A stretch of 64,000 bases of DNA, taken from NCBI GenBank assembly GCA_963677485.1, contig OY781964.1:3680001-3744000 (forward strand), given 5' to 3'. Below are positions 49,950 through 57,738 of the stretch, piece after piece. Made by a program: the position numbers and the translations under genes. How positions within the stretch are numbered: position 1 is the stretch's first letter; the number at the start of each line of letters is the position of its first letter. The stretch is from Armatimonadota bacterium (GTDB taxonomy: Bacteria; Armatimonadota; HRBIN16). Under the pieces are notes generated by a model. The model did not search any database, had not been told where the DNA came from, and saw only the letters and a list, made by a program, of their open reading frames with translations.

Positions 49950-51890
49950 ATGAGTATCCAAGAGCCAAAACATAGCGGCGCATCCTGGCGGTCGATCATC
50001 ATCGGTCTGCTTCTACTGCCGCTCAACGCGCTGTGGATGGCGTTGATGGAAGTGAAGACGAACTCGCTGGACACCACGGCGGTCAGCTTGTTCTTTCATG
50101 TGATCTTCATGCTCTTGCTGATCACCGCCCTCAACGCGCTGGTTCGCCGTATGAAACCAGGTTGGGGGTTGTGTCAGGGGGAGCTGCTGACCATCTATTC
50201 AATGGTCAGCGTGGGCAGTGCGATGGGCGGACGGGATATGCTGACCAATCTGCTGCCGAACCTGACCCATCCTTTCTGGTATGACACCACGGCCAACGGG
50301 TATGCACAGCTCATGAAGCACATCCCCGACTGGATGGCTGTGCGTGATAAGGACATCCTGCATGGTTATTTCTACGGCGACACGGTGTTGAGCCGCCGAA
50401 TCCTTCTAGCCTGGCTGCCTGTGATGCTGTTCTGGGTGGGCATGTTGACGGTGCTGAGTTACATGATGCTCTGCCTCAATGCCGTGGTGCGAAAACACTG
50501 GGTTGAAGATGAGAAGCTGAGCTTCCCGCTGATGAACATCCCACTCGCCATCACAGCCAGCCCATCGCCGTTTCGCAGTAAGGTGTTCCTGCTGGGTTTC
50601 ATCATACCCGTGCTCATACAGTCACTGAATTACCTGGCTTACTGGTTCCCTAGTCTGCCGACCTGCCATCTGAAGCTGCAGAATATCGGGCAATATTTCA
50701 CCACACCTCCCTGGAATGGGCTGGGCTGGTTTCCCATCGCGTTCTTTCCGTTTGCCATCGGGATCGCCTACTTTCTGCCGGTCGACCTGCTGTTTGGCTG
50801 CTGGTTCTTCTATCTGCTGCGGAAGCTGATCGATGTGGGCTGCGTGGCCTGGGGGCTGCATGACCCTGGTGCTTCGGCTGCTACGCTGGCGTTGCCATAT
50901 GTGAAGGAGCAGGGGACGGGTGCATGGCTGGGACTGGTGCTGACGATGTTATGGTTGTCACGAACCACCTGGCTGGCGGTGCTCAAGCAGGCGATACATC
51001 CCCAGACAGGCGGTGACGACCCCCAGGCTGGTATGAGCTATCGAGCGGCTTTGCTGGGTATGTTAGTGGGTAGTGTGGTCTTGACGCTGATGTTTGTGAA
51101 GGCCGGCATGAGCTGGTGGCTGCCCCCGCTCTATTTTGCGTTCTATTTCATCCTCAGCATCGGGGTCACCAGGGTTCGTGCTGAGCTTGGACCGCCCGCA
51201 CATGAGCTGAACTGGGTCAACCCCGAAAACTTCCTGGTCACCTTCTTCGGTACGACCGCTCTGGGCACACAGAACCTCACGCTGCTTTCGATGCTGTTTT
51301 GGTTCAACCGAGGATACAGATGCCACCAGATGCCGCACATGCTGGAAGCCTCGTATATGGGCGGCAAGCAGAACTGGAACATGCGCCGGCTGCTGGTCGC
51401 GATGATGCTGGCGGCTGTAGTGGGCAGTATCTGCTGTATACTGGCTTTTCTATGGGTATTCTACAGTAACGGCGAAGCCACCCCGCGCATTCAGTGCTAT
51501 TCGTATGGCATAGGGCTGGAGGCCTATTCGCGGTTGTCGGACTGGAACGCCAACCCGCGAGGTCCCAGCGGAATACGCATTGTGTTCATTGGTATCGGCG
51601 CGGCGATCACGCTGCTGCTGGGTATGGCGCGGGGGATGCTCTCCTGGTGGCCGTTCCCTCCGCTGGCGTATGCACTGGCGAACAGTTACGCGCTGGAGTA
51701 TTTCTGGACCACCATGCTGATCGGTTGGGTGATCAAGCTGGTGACGTTGAAGGTGGGCGGAAACAAGCTCTACAAGCAGTTTCAGCCGTTCTTCCTGGGG
51801 CTGATCATCGGCGACTATGTGGTCGCCAGTGCCTGGGGGCTACTGGGTGCCATCACCGGCCTGCCCACCTACCGGACGTTTATATTTTGA
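49950..51890 (+). CDS. Polytopic membrane protein, DUF6785/DUF6784 (OPT-like putative transporter)
   Basis: GELLTIYSM, WVEDEKLSFPL, RVRAELG, WWPFPP, PFFLGLIIG; many transmembrane helices. Confidence 0.8.
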   Translation: MSIQEPKHSGASWRSIIIGLLLLPLNALWMALMEVKTNSLDTTAVSLFFHVIFMLLLITALNALVRRMKPGWGLCQGELLTIYSMVSVGSAMGGRDMLTNLLPNLTHPFWYDTTANGYAQLMKHIPDWMAVRDKDILHGYFYGDTVLSRRILLAWLPVMLFWVGMLTVLSYMMLCLNAVVRKHWVEDEKLSFPLMNIPLAITASPSPFRSKVFLLGFIIPVLIQSLNYLAYWFPSLPTCHLKLQNIGQYFTTPPWNGLGWFPIAFFPFAIGIAYFLPVDLLFGCWFFYLLRKLIDVGCVAWGLHDPGASAATLALPYVKEQGTGAWLGLVLTMLWLSRTTWLAVLKQAIHPQTGGDDPQAGMSYRAALLGMLVGSVVLTLMFVKAGMSWWLPPLYFAFYFILSIGVTRVRAELGPPAHELNWVNPENFLVTFFGTTALGTQNLTLLSMLFWFNRGYRCHQMPHMLEASYMGGKQNWNMRRLLVAMMLAAVVGSICCILAFLWVFYSNGEATPRIQCYSYGIGLEAYSRLSDWNANPRGPSGIRIVFIGIGAAITLLLGMARGMLSWWPFPPLAYALANSYALEYFWTTMLIGWVIKLVTLKVGGNKLYKQFQPFFLGLIIGDYVVASAWGLLGAITGLPTYRTFIF

Positions 51891-51923
51891 CCGCGCATTA
51901 TCTCATATTGACAGGAGACAGAG

Positions 51924-53087
51924 TTGGTTGATCTCATCATCGCTAATGGAACCTTAGTCATGCCTGATCGTGAACCTTGCTCAGGTGATGTTGGTATTCA
52001 ACACGGCTTGATACACTTTTTGGTTGATGTTGAAAGCCAGGGCAAGACGACCATCGACGCAACCGGCTGTTACGTGCTGCCAGGCATTATCGACATCCAC
52101 ACCCACGGCATCGGCTATGAATCGTCCGCGTCGGAGAGTTTGCATGAGTATGCCAAACTGGAGGCATCGCACGGCTGCACCACTTTTTACCCCACGCTGT
52201 TTGGCCCACCTGAAGAGAGCGCTGAGCATATGCGCCGGCACCGGCGCAACACGAACGAACTGGCTGAGCTTCCGCAGGTCGGAGGGTTCCGGCTGGAGTC
52301 ACCCTATCTGGGATTCACCGGAGCAGGAATCTCGCGCGACCTGGCTCCTATCAGCAAGGCAGTTACCAATGAGCTTCTTGACGCAGGTGGGGGACACATC
52401 AAGATATGGGACATTTCGCCAGAACTTGAGGGTGCCGCGGGATTGATATCGGAGCTTTCCTCGATGGGGATCATCTGCAGCCTGGCGCACATGCGCGCCA
52501 CGATCGACCAGGCGAGGGCCGCCATCGACGCGGGAGCGCAACTGGTGACGCATCTGTTCTGCACCTTTGAAGTGCCGGAAATGATCGATCCGGGTGTCTA
52601 CCCGGCCGGGGTCACCGATCTGTTTCTGGTGGACGACAGGGTGGCCTGTGAGATCATCGCCGATGGCACGCACGTGAACCCCATGCTGATTGAGATGACG
52701 CTGCGATGCAAGCCAGATGATATGACGGTGTTTGTAACCGACAGTAACTATGGGGCGGGTCTGCCATCGGGCCGATACGACCTGCCTGGCGGCTGGGGGC
52801 TGGCGGCCATCGATGGTCCCAACAACGGTGTCCGGCTGGTGGAACGCGAGATGGGTCTTGCCGGGAGTGCCTTAACACCGATCGATTCGCTTCGGAACTG
52901 CGTGCAAATGCTGGGTAAGGATTTAGGCATGGCCTCCCGCCTGTGTTCGGCTAATCCCGCCCGACTGCTGGGCTTGAACAAAGGTCGTTTGGCCGTGGGC
53001 TGGGATGCCGATTTGATTGTGCTGGATGAGCAACTGGAGCTGATGTATACCATTGTGCGGGGGAAGGTGGCTTTTTCAAGGAGTTAG
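51924..53087 (+). CDS. NagA-like amidohydrolase (divergent N-acetylhexosamine deacetylase family)
   Basis: PGIIDIHTHG, GCTTFYPT, LESPY, THLF, IIADGTH, VTDS, LAGS, SANPA, GWDAD. Confidence 0.88.
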   Translation: MVDLIIANGTLVMPDREPCSGDVGIQHGLIHFLVDVESQGKTTIDATGCYVLPGIIDIHTHGIGYESSASESLHEYAKLEASHGCTTFYPTLFGPPEESAEHMRRHRRNTNELAELPQVGGFRLESPYLGFTGAGISRDLAPISKAVTNELLDAGGGHIKIWDISPELEGAAGLISELSSMGIICSLAHMRATIDQARAAIDAGAQLVTHLFCTFEVPEMIDPGVYPAGVTDLFLVDDRVACEIIADGTHVNPMLIEMTLRCKPDDMTVFVTDSNYGAGLPSGRYDLPGGWGLAAIDGPNNGVRLVEREMGLAGSALTPIDSLRNCVQMLGKDLGMASRLCSANPARLLGLNKGRLAVGWDADLIVLDEQLELMYTIVRGKVAFSRS

Positions 53088-53164
53088 GAGAAGAGGAGAA
53101 TAGGAAAAGGCGACCAGTATCTGCAACCGCGTCCTACTCGTCCTACTCATCATACCTGTCCTAC
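53078..53164. repeat. 9-nt periodic inverted repeat, family F copy 2
   Basis: AAGGAGTTAGGAG...GTCCTACTC GTCCTACTC ATCATACCT GTCCTAC. Confidence 0.75.
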
Positions 53165-53196
53165 GGCGTCACCCGCGAAATGCCGCTCCGTTGCCC

Positions 53197-53246
53197 TTGA
53201 CACCACTTAATCATATATGTATACTCATTATAATGAGTATACATAT
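53197..53246 (+). promoter_or_regulatory. gntR operon promoter with a perfect 32-bp palindromic operator candidate
   Basis: TTGACA-17 nt-TATACT; ATATGTATACTCATTA|TAATGAGTATACATAT at 53215-53246. Confidence 0.85.
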
Positions 53247-53263
53247 TCGGCAAGGACGGCAGA

Positions 53264-54022
53264 ATGAGCGTAGGTTCCAGTTCCCCGTTATATAACGAAA
53301 TATACGAATCCTTGAAGGGCAAGATACTCTCAGGCCACTACACGCCTGGGGATTCGCTGCCCTCTGAACCAAAGCTGAAACTGGAATATGGTGTCAGCAC
53401 GATCACAATCCGCAGGGCGATTCGCGAGCTCTGCCTGGATGGGCTGGTGGAATCGCGGCAGGGGATGGGCAATTTCGTGCGGGACAGCAGCACGGGCTCG
53501 GTCGTGGTCGGGATGTCCAGCTTTACGTCTGATGTTGTTGGTGGACGGCTGCGCCTGATCCGATCTCTTCTGACAGACGAGATGACCACTGCGCCTGTGG
53601 ATATCGCCAATCAGTTGAATGTGCCGGTCGGATCCATGCTGCGTCGTCTGGTGCGGTTGGACTATGAGGGCAACACACCGCTATCTCTCGATGAGGTGTA
53701 TATCCCACCTGATATCGGCTCGTGTATTAACCACGAGATTGCCGGATCGCCGGTGTTCATGCATCTGTGGCAGAAGGAATCTGGCCTGGAGCTGGTGAGC
53801 ACACAATACCAAATCTGGACCGAAACCGCTTCGGAAATGGACATTCAATATCTGAAGATGCAGCCAGAGTGCCCAGTGTTGATCACCACCGAGTTGGTAT
53901 ATGATATCAACAGCCGAGCCTGTGCCTGGATCATCAGCCGGTATCGAGGAGACAGAGGCCGCCTGTCTGGCACGGTGATGTTAGTTCAAAATCGATCCGA
54001 TATAAAAGTGATTGGTGAATAA
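53264..54022 (+). CDS. GntR family regulator (HutC/UTRA subfamily)
   Basis: PLY...LPSE...YGVSTITIRRA...QGMGNFV plus a UTRA-like C-terminus. Confidence 0.92.
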   Translation: MSVGSSSPLYNEIYESLKGKILSGHYTPGDSLPSEPKLKLEYGVSTITIRRAIRELCLDGLVESRQGMGNFVRDSSTGSVVVGMSSFTSDVVGGRLRLIRSLLTDEMTTAPVDIANQLNVPVGSMLRRLVRLDYEGNTPLSLDEVYIPPDIGSCINHEIAGSPVFMHLWQKESGLELVSTQYQIWTETASEMDIQYLKMQPECPVLITTELVYDINSRACAWIISRYRGDRGRLSGTVMLVQNRSDIKVIGE

Positions 54023-54023
54023 G

Positions 54024-55307
54024 ATGCTTGCAGGAACCGCAAAACAAGATATCACACCCAAAGATGCTGTTTGGATGGAGGGCATGATCCGTGCTCATCG
54101 CTCAGATGGCGTTCATGATGCGCTCACCGCCCGCGCACTGTATGTGGCCGACGGTGAAATGCAGACCGCCATTATCACGCTTGATGTGTGCGCCATCCAA
54201 GATAGTGACGCCTCTGCCATCCGTCATGAGATCGAAGCGCAGCTAGGGATACCATCAGCCAACATCATCATCGCTGCCAGCCACACCCATTCCGGACCAG
54301 CGACCATCGGGTTTTTCAGTGATGGTGAACCCGAATACGTGCAGTGGCTGGGTAAGCAAGTCGTGCTGGCGGTCGCGGAGGCCAAGGCGAGTGCGGTGCC
54401 TGCCCTGACCGGATGTGCCAGCGGAAGTGAGACCACCATCAGCCACTACCGCCGCTTCCGCTCCGATGCCGGCCAGATCGTGATGATCTGGGAGCAGGAC
54501 CCCTCCCTGGGTGGCATGACGGTCATGGGAGAAGCGGACACGGAGGTGGGTGTACTCAAATTCGTGAAGGCATCCAATCCGGAGAAAACCATCGGATTGT
54601 TATTCAACTATGCAGGGCACCCGAATGTGATGAGCGGGGATAACTACAGCATCAGCGCCGACTACGCGGGTGCAGCCTCCCGCATACTCGAAGAGAAGCT
54701 AAGCTGCATCTCGATGTTTACCAACGGCGCCCAGGGTTCCGTCGACATCGACAACTGGGCCTGGCGAGACTGGCAAGGTGTCGAGGTTCTGGGATCGGCA
54801 CTGGCGCAGGTGGTCTCGGATGTCTCATGTGGTGTTGAAGTCTCATCACAGGAACTGCGCATCTCGCGGGTGGCTTATTCACTGCCTCGCCGCACGATCT
54901 CTGAAGAACAACTCAGGTGGGCTGAGGATATCCTGGCCCAAACCGGTGGCAAGCTGCAGGCCGTGGCCGATGGCGTGGGTGATGACTTCAAGGCATTGCT
55001 ATACAAGCAGACATATGATTTGAGAGATAAAACGGTGGATATCGAGCAGGTATGCATCGTGGTAGGCGACTGCGCGTTTCTCAGCTTCCCCGGCGAGCTC
55101 TTCACTGAAATCGGGCTGGAGATCAAACGCCGAAGCCCGTTCAACAAGACCTACATCATCGACCTGGCCAATGGATATACCGGTTATGTGCCCACCAGCG
55201 CGGCTATTGCGCAGGGTGGTTATGAAGTGGATACCCGTCCCATCAATGCAGATGCAGAGCAGGCCATCATAGACCACTCGCTGTATCTTCTCAACCAACT
55301 GAAATAG
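54024..55307 (+). CDS. Neutral/alkaline ceramidase-like amidohydrolase
   Basis: DITP, HDALTARAL, ASHTHSGP, NYAGHP, ISADY, GAQG, PGELF, ANGYTGYVPT, GGYE. Confidence 0.85.
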   Translation: MLAGTAKQDITPKDAVWMEGMIRAHRSDGVHDALTARALYVADGEMQTAIITLDVCAIQDSDASAIRHEIEAQLGIPSANIIIAASHTHSGPATIGFFSDGEPEYVQWLGKQVVLAVAEAKASAVPALTGCASGSETTISHYRRFRSDAGQIVMIWEQDPSLGGMTVMGEADTEVGVLKFVKASNPEKTIGLLFNYAGHPNVMSGDNYSISADYAGAASRILEEKLSCISMFTNGAQGSVDIDNWAWRDWQGVEVLGSALAQVVSDVSCGVEVSSQELRISRVAYSLPRRTISEEQLRWAEDILAQTGGKLQAVADGVGDDFKALLYKQTYDLRDKTVDIEQVCIVVGDCAFLSFPGELFTEIGLEIKRRSPFNKTYIIDLANGYTGYVPTSAAIAQGGYEVDTRPINADAEQAIIDHSLYLLNQLK

Positions 55308-55317
55308 GGAGAACACC

Positions 55318-56649
55318 ATGTCCGAAAGACTAGCTATCGACGGCGGGACACCAATCCTGCAGAGAAGTGACTTCAAAAACTGGCCGGTCATCACAGATGA
55401 TGACCGCCGGTTCATCAACCAGGTGCTCGATTCCGGGATATTGGCCGGTGGAACGGCCCCTCAGGTATCCAACCTGGAGAAGGAGTGGGCGGCATACATC
55501 GGCTCAAACCACTGCCTGACCACCTGCAGCGGTACCGCCGCACTGCATATGGCTCTGGCGGCACTGGGTGTTGGTCCGGGCGATGAGGTGATCACCTCGG
55601 CATTCACATTCCTGGCCTCCGCGTCTTGCGCGCTGCATCAGAACGCCATCCCTGTGTTTGTGGATATCGACCCCAAGACCTATTGTATGGACCCCGCCAA
55701 GCTGGAGGCCGCGATCACCGAACGCACGAAAGTGATCATCCCAGTGCATATCCAGGGCTGTCCTGCCGACATGGACCCCATTCTAGCGATCGCGAAGAAA
55801 TATGGCATCCATGTGATCGAAGATGCCTGCCAGGCGCACGGTGCCATGTATAAAGGCAAGATGGTCGGCAACATCGGCGATGTGGGATGCTTCAGCCTGA
55901 ATAACTTCAAGAACCTGTGCGGCGGAGAAGGTGGCCTGTTCAATACTAACGATGAGGACATACTGAACAAGGCGGCGCTCGTGCGTTGCTTTGGTGATGA
56001 AGTGGACGAAGTGAGTCGCAGGCGAAAATACAACGCCTCCATACTTGGCTATATGTATCGCAACCAGGAGCTGCCCGCGGCCCTCACCCGAGGCCAACTG
56101 CTGCACCTGGATGATTCCAATGCGGTGCGTATTCAGAATGCGGAGTATCTGACGCAAGCGCTGAGCAAGATCCCTGGTGTGATCCCGCCTTATTGCCCGG
56201 ATGACTGCAAGCATGTGTATTTCATGTATAACGTGCGGTTCGACCCCAAAGCGGCAGGTGTGGATTGTGAACCCCGGAAGTTCAGGGACGCAGTGGAGAA
56301 GGCCCTCTACAAAGAGGGGCTGTTGCTCGGACAGTGGCAGACCATGCCGGTGCCCGCTCAAGACCTGTTCCAGAGCAAACTCGGGTATGGCGGTTCCGGG
56401 TATCCCTGGAGCATCAACGAGACCAAAGGAATCACATACGACTACAACCCGGACGCCTATCCGGTAGCGCAGAACCTCTGCGATACCTACACCATCGTGC
56501 ATGGCATCCACACCCCCAATGGGCTGGAGCTGATGCAACGGTTTGTGGCCGGCTTCAAGAAGGTGTTTGCTGATCTTGATACGGCTATCGCCCACGCAGA
56601 TGATGCCATCTATCCGGGAGCTGACGGAAAGCTCTACGGAGCGGGCTAA
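55318..56649 (+). CDS. DegT/DnrJ/EryC1/StrS family PLP aminotransferase
   Basis: LAIDGG, SGTAAL, PVFVDID, IEDACQAHGA, FSLNNFKNL, GEGG. Confidence 0.95.
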   Translation: MSERLAIDGGTPILQRSDFKNWPVITDDDRRFINQVLDSGILAGGTAPQVSNLEKEWAAYIGSNHCLTTCSGTAALHMALAALGVGPGDEVITSAFTFLASASCALHQNAIPVFVDIDPKTYCMDPAKLEAAITERTKVIIPVHIQGCPADMDPILAIAKKYGIHVIEDACQAHGAMYKGKMVGNIGDVGCFSLNNFKNLCGGEGGLFNTNDEDILNKAALVRCFGDEVDEVSRRRKYNASILGYMYRNQELPAALTRGQLLHLDDSNAVRIQNAEYLTQALSKIPGVIPPYCPDDCKHVYFMYNVRFDPKAAGVDCEPRKFRDAVEKALYKEGLLLGQWQTMPVPAQDLFQSKLGYGGSGYPWSINETKGITYDYNPDAYPVAQNLCDTYTIVHGIHTPNGLELMQRFVAGFKKVFADLDTAIAHADDAIYPGADGKLYGAG

Positions 56650-56656
56650 CAGATGG

Positions 56657-56690
56657 GCTGTCGAAGGGGCAGTGTTGCCCCTTCGATGGC
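56657..56690. other. Intercistronic stem-loop
   Basis: TCGAAGGGGCA-GTGT-TGCCCCTTCGA with no U tract. Confidence 0.65.
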
Positions 56691-56709
56691 CGTCACATAG
56701 GAGATTTGT

Positions 56710-57738
56710 ATGATAAGCAAGGGACTGTTCGGCAAGAAGTATCTGGATATCCAGCAGCGCACTCAGGAAATCGGGCCGCTTGATGAAGACCATGTGCTGT
56801 TGAAGATCATGGCCTGCGGGGTTTGCGGTACGGATATCAACTTCGTGCGCGACTGGGACGATGATCCGATGGCCCTGGGGCACGAGATATCGGCGGAAGT
56901 GCTGGAGGTCGGCAAGAACGTCACGAGTGTGAAGCCTGGTGACAGCGTGATCGTAGAGGACTGCACGATGTGCGGTGTGTGCGATAACTGCAAGAGTGGG
57001 CACCCCGAATTCTGCCGCAATATGTATGACATGGAGGGGCAGCCCGGCATGGGCGAATATATGTCGGTGCGGTATAACTGCCTCAACAAATATGAGGGGC
57101 TGGACCATGTCTCCGCCTGTTTGACTGAACCCTTGGCGGTCTCCCTCACATCGGTGCTGCATGCCGACATCCCTCTTGGGGGAAGTGTGGTGGTGCTGGG
57201 TAACGGTCCGTTGGGGCTGATGGCCGCTAAACTGGCCAAGCTTAAAGGTGCAGGCTATGTAGCCATCACCGGGCTGACGGCAGATAACGAGCGGGAACTG
57301 GCCAGATTCGCGGTCGCAGACAAATTCGGCTGCGACAAGAACATCCAGGTTGGCAAACAGAGCGTGGAAGATGAGATACTGTCTCGATTCCCAGATGGCG
57401 TGGACAGGGTGATCGTCAGCTCACCGCCTGAAAGCATGTATGACGCCTTCAAGATCATCCACTTCGGTGGGATCATCACCTTCTTTGGCTTGCACTTTGG
57501 TGGTAAGAACATGGTCAATGTGGACATCAACGACATGATCTTCCGAAAGATCACTCTCAAACCGGCATTTGCGGAACCTGCGATCAACTTCCCAATCGCG
57601 AACAGACTGCTAAAGGAGGGGCTGATCGATGCCCGTGATCTAGTCACGACCACCTTCCAAATGGCCGATGCCAAGATTGTGATGGCCGCGATTGTGGATG
57701 GCAGCCAACCTGTCATCAAGGCCGTGATGGTGCCGTGA
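56710..57738 (+). CDS. Zn-dependent medium-chain (polyol/threonine-type) dehydrogenase
   Basis: GVCGTD, GHE, CGVCDNC...C, EP, GNGPLG. Confidence 0.93.
   Translation: MISKGLFGKKYLDIQQRTQEIGPLDEDHVLLKIMACGVCGTDINFVRDWDDDPMALGHEISAEVLEVGKNVTSVKPGDSVIVEDCTMCGVCDNCKSGHPEFCRNMYDMEGQPGMGEYMSVRYNCLNKYEGLDHVSACLTEPLAVSLTSVLHADIPLGGSVVVLGNGPLGLMAAKLAKLKGAGYVAITGLTADNERELARFAVADKFGCDKNIQVGKQSVEDEILSRFPDGVDRVIVSSPPESMYDAFKIIHFGGIITFFGLHFGGKNMVNVDINDMIFRKITLKPAFAEPAINFPIANRLLKEGLIDARDLVTTTFQMADAKIVMAAIVDGSQPVIKAVMVP

Noticed and set aside
55783-57162. 459-aa minus-strand ORF
   Set aside because: Antisense shadow of two well-supported genes; no motifs; expected from codon bias in GC-rich DNA.
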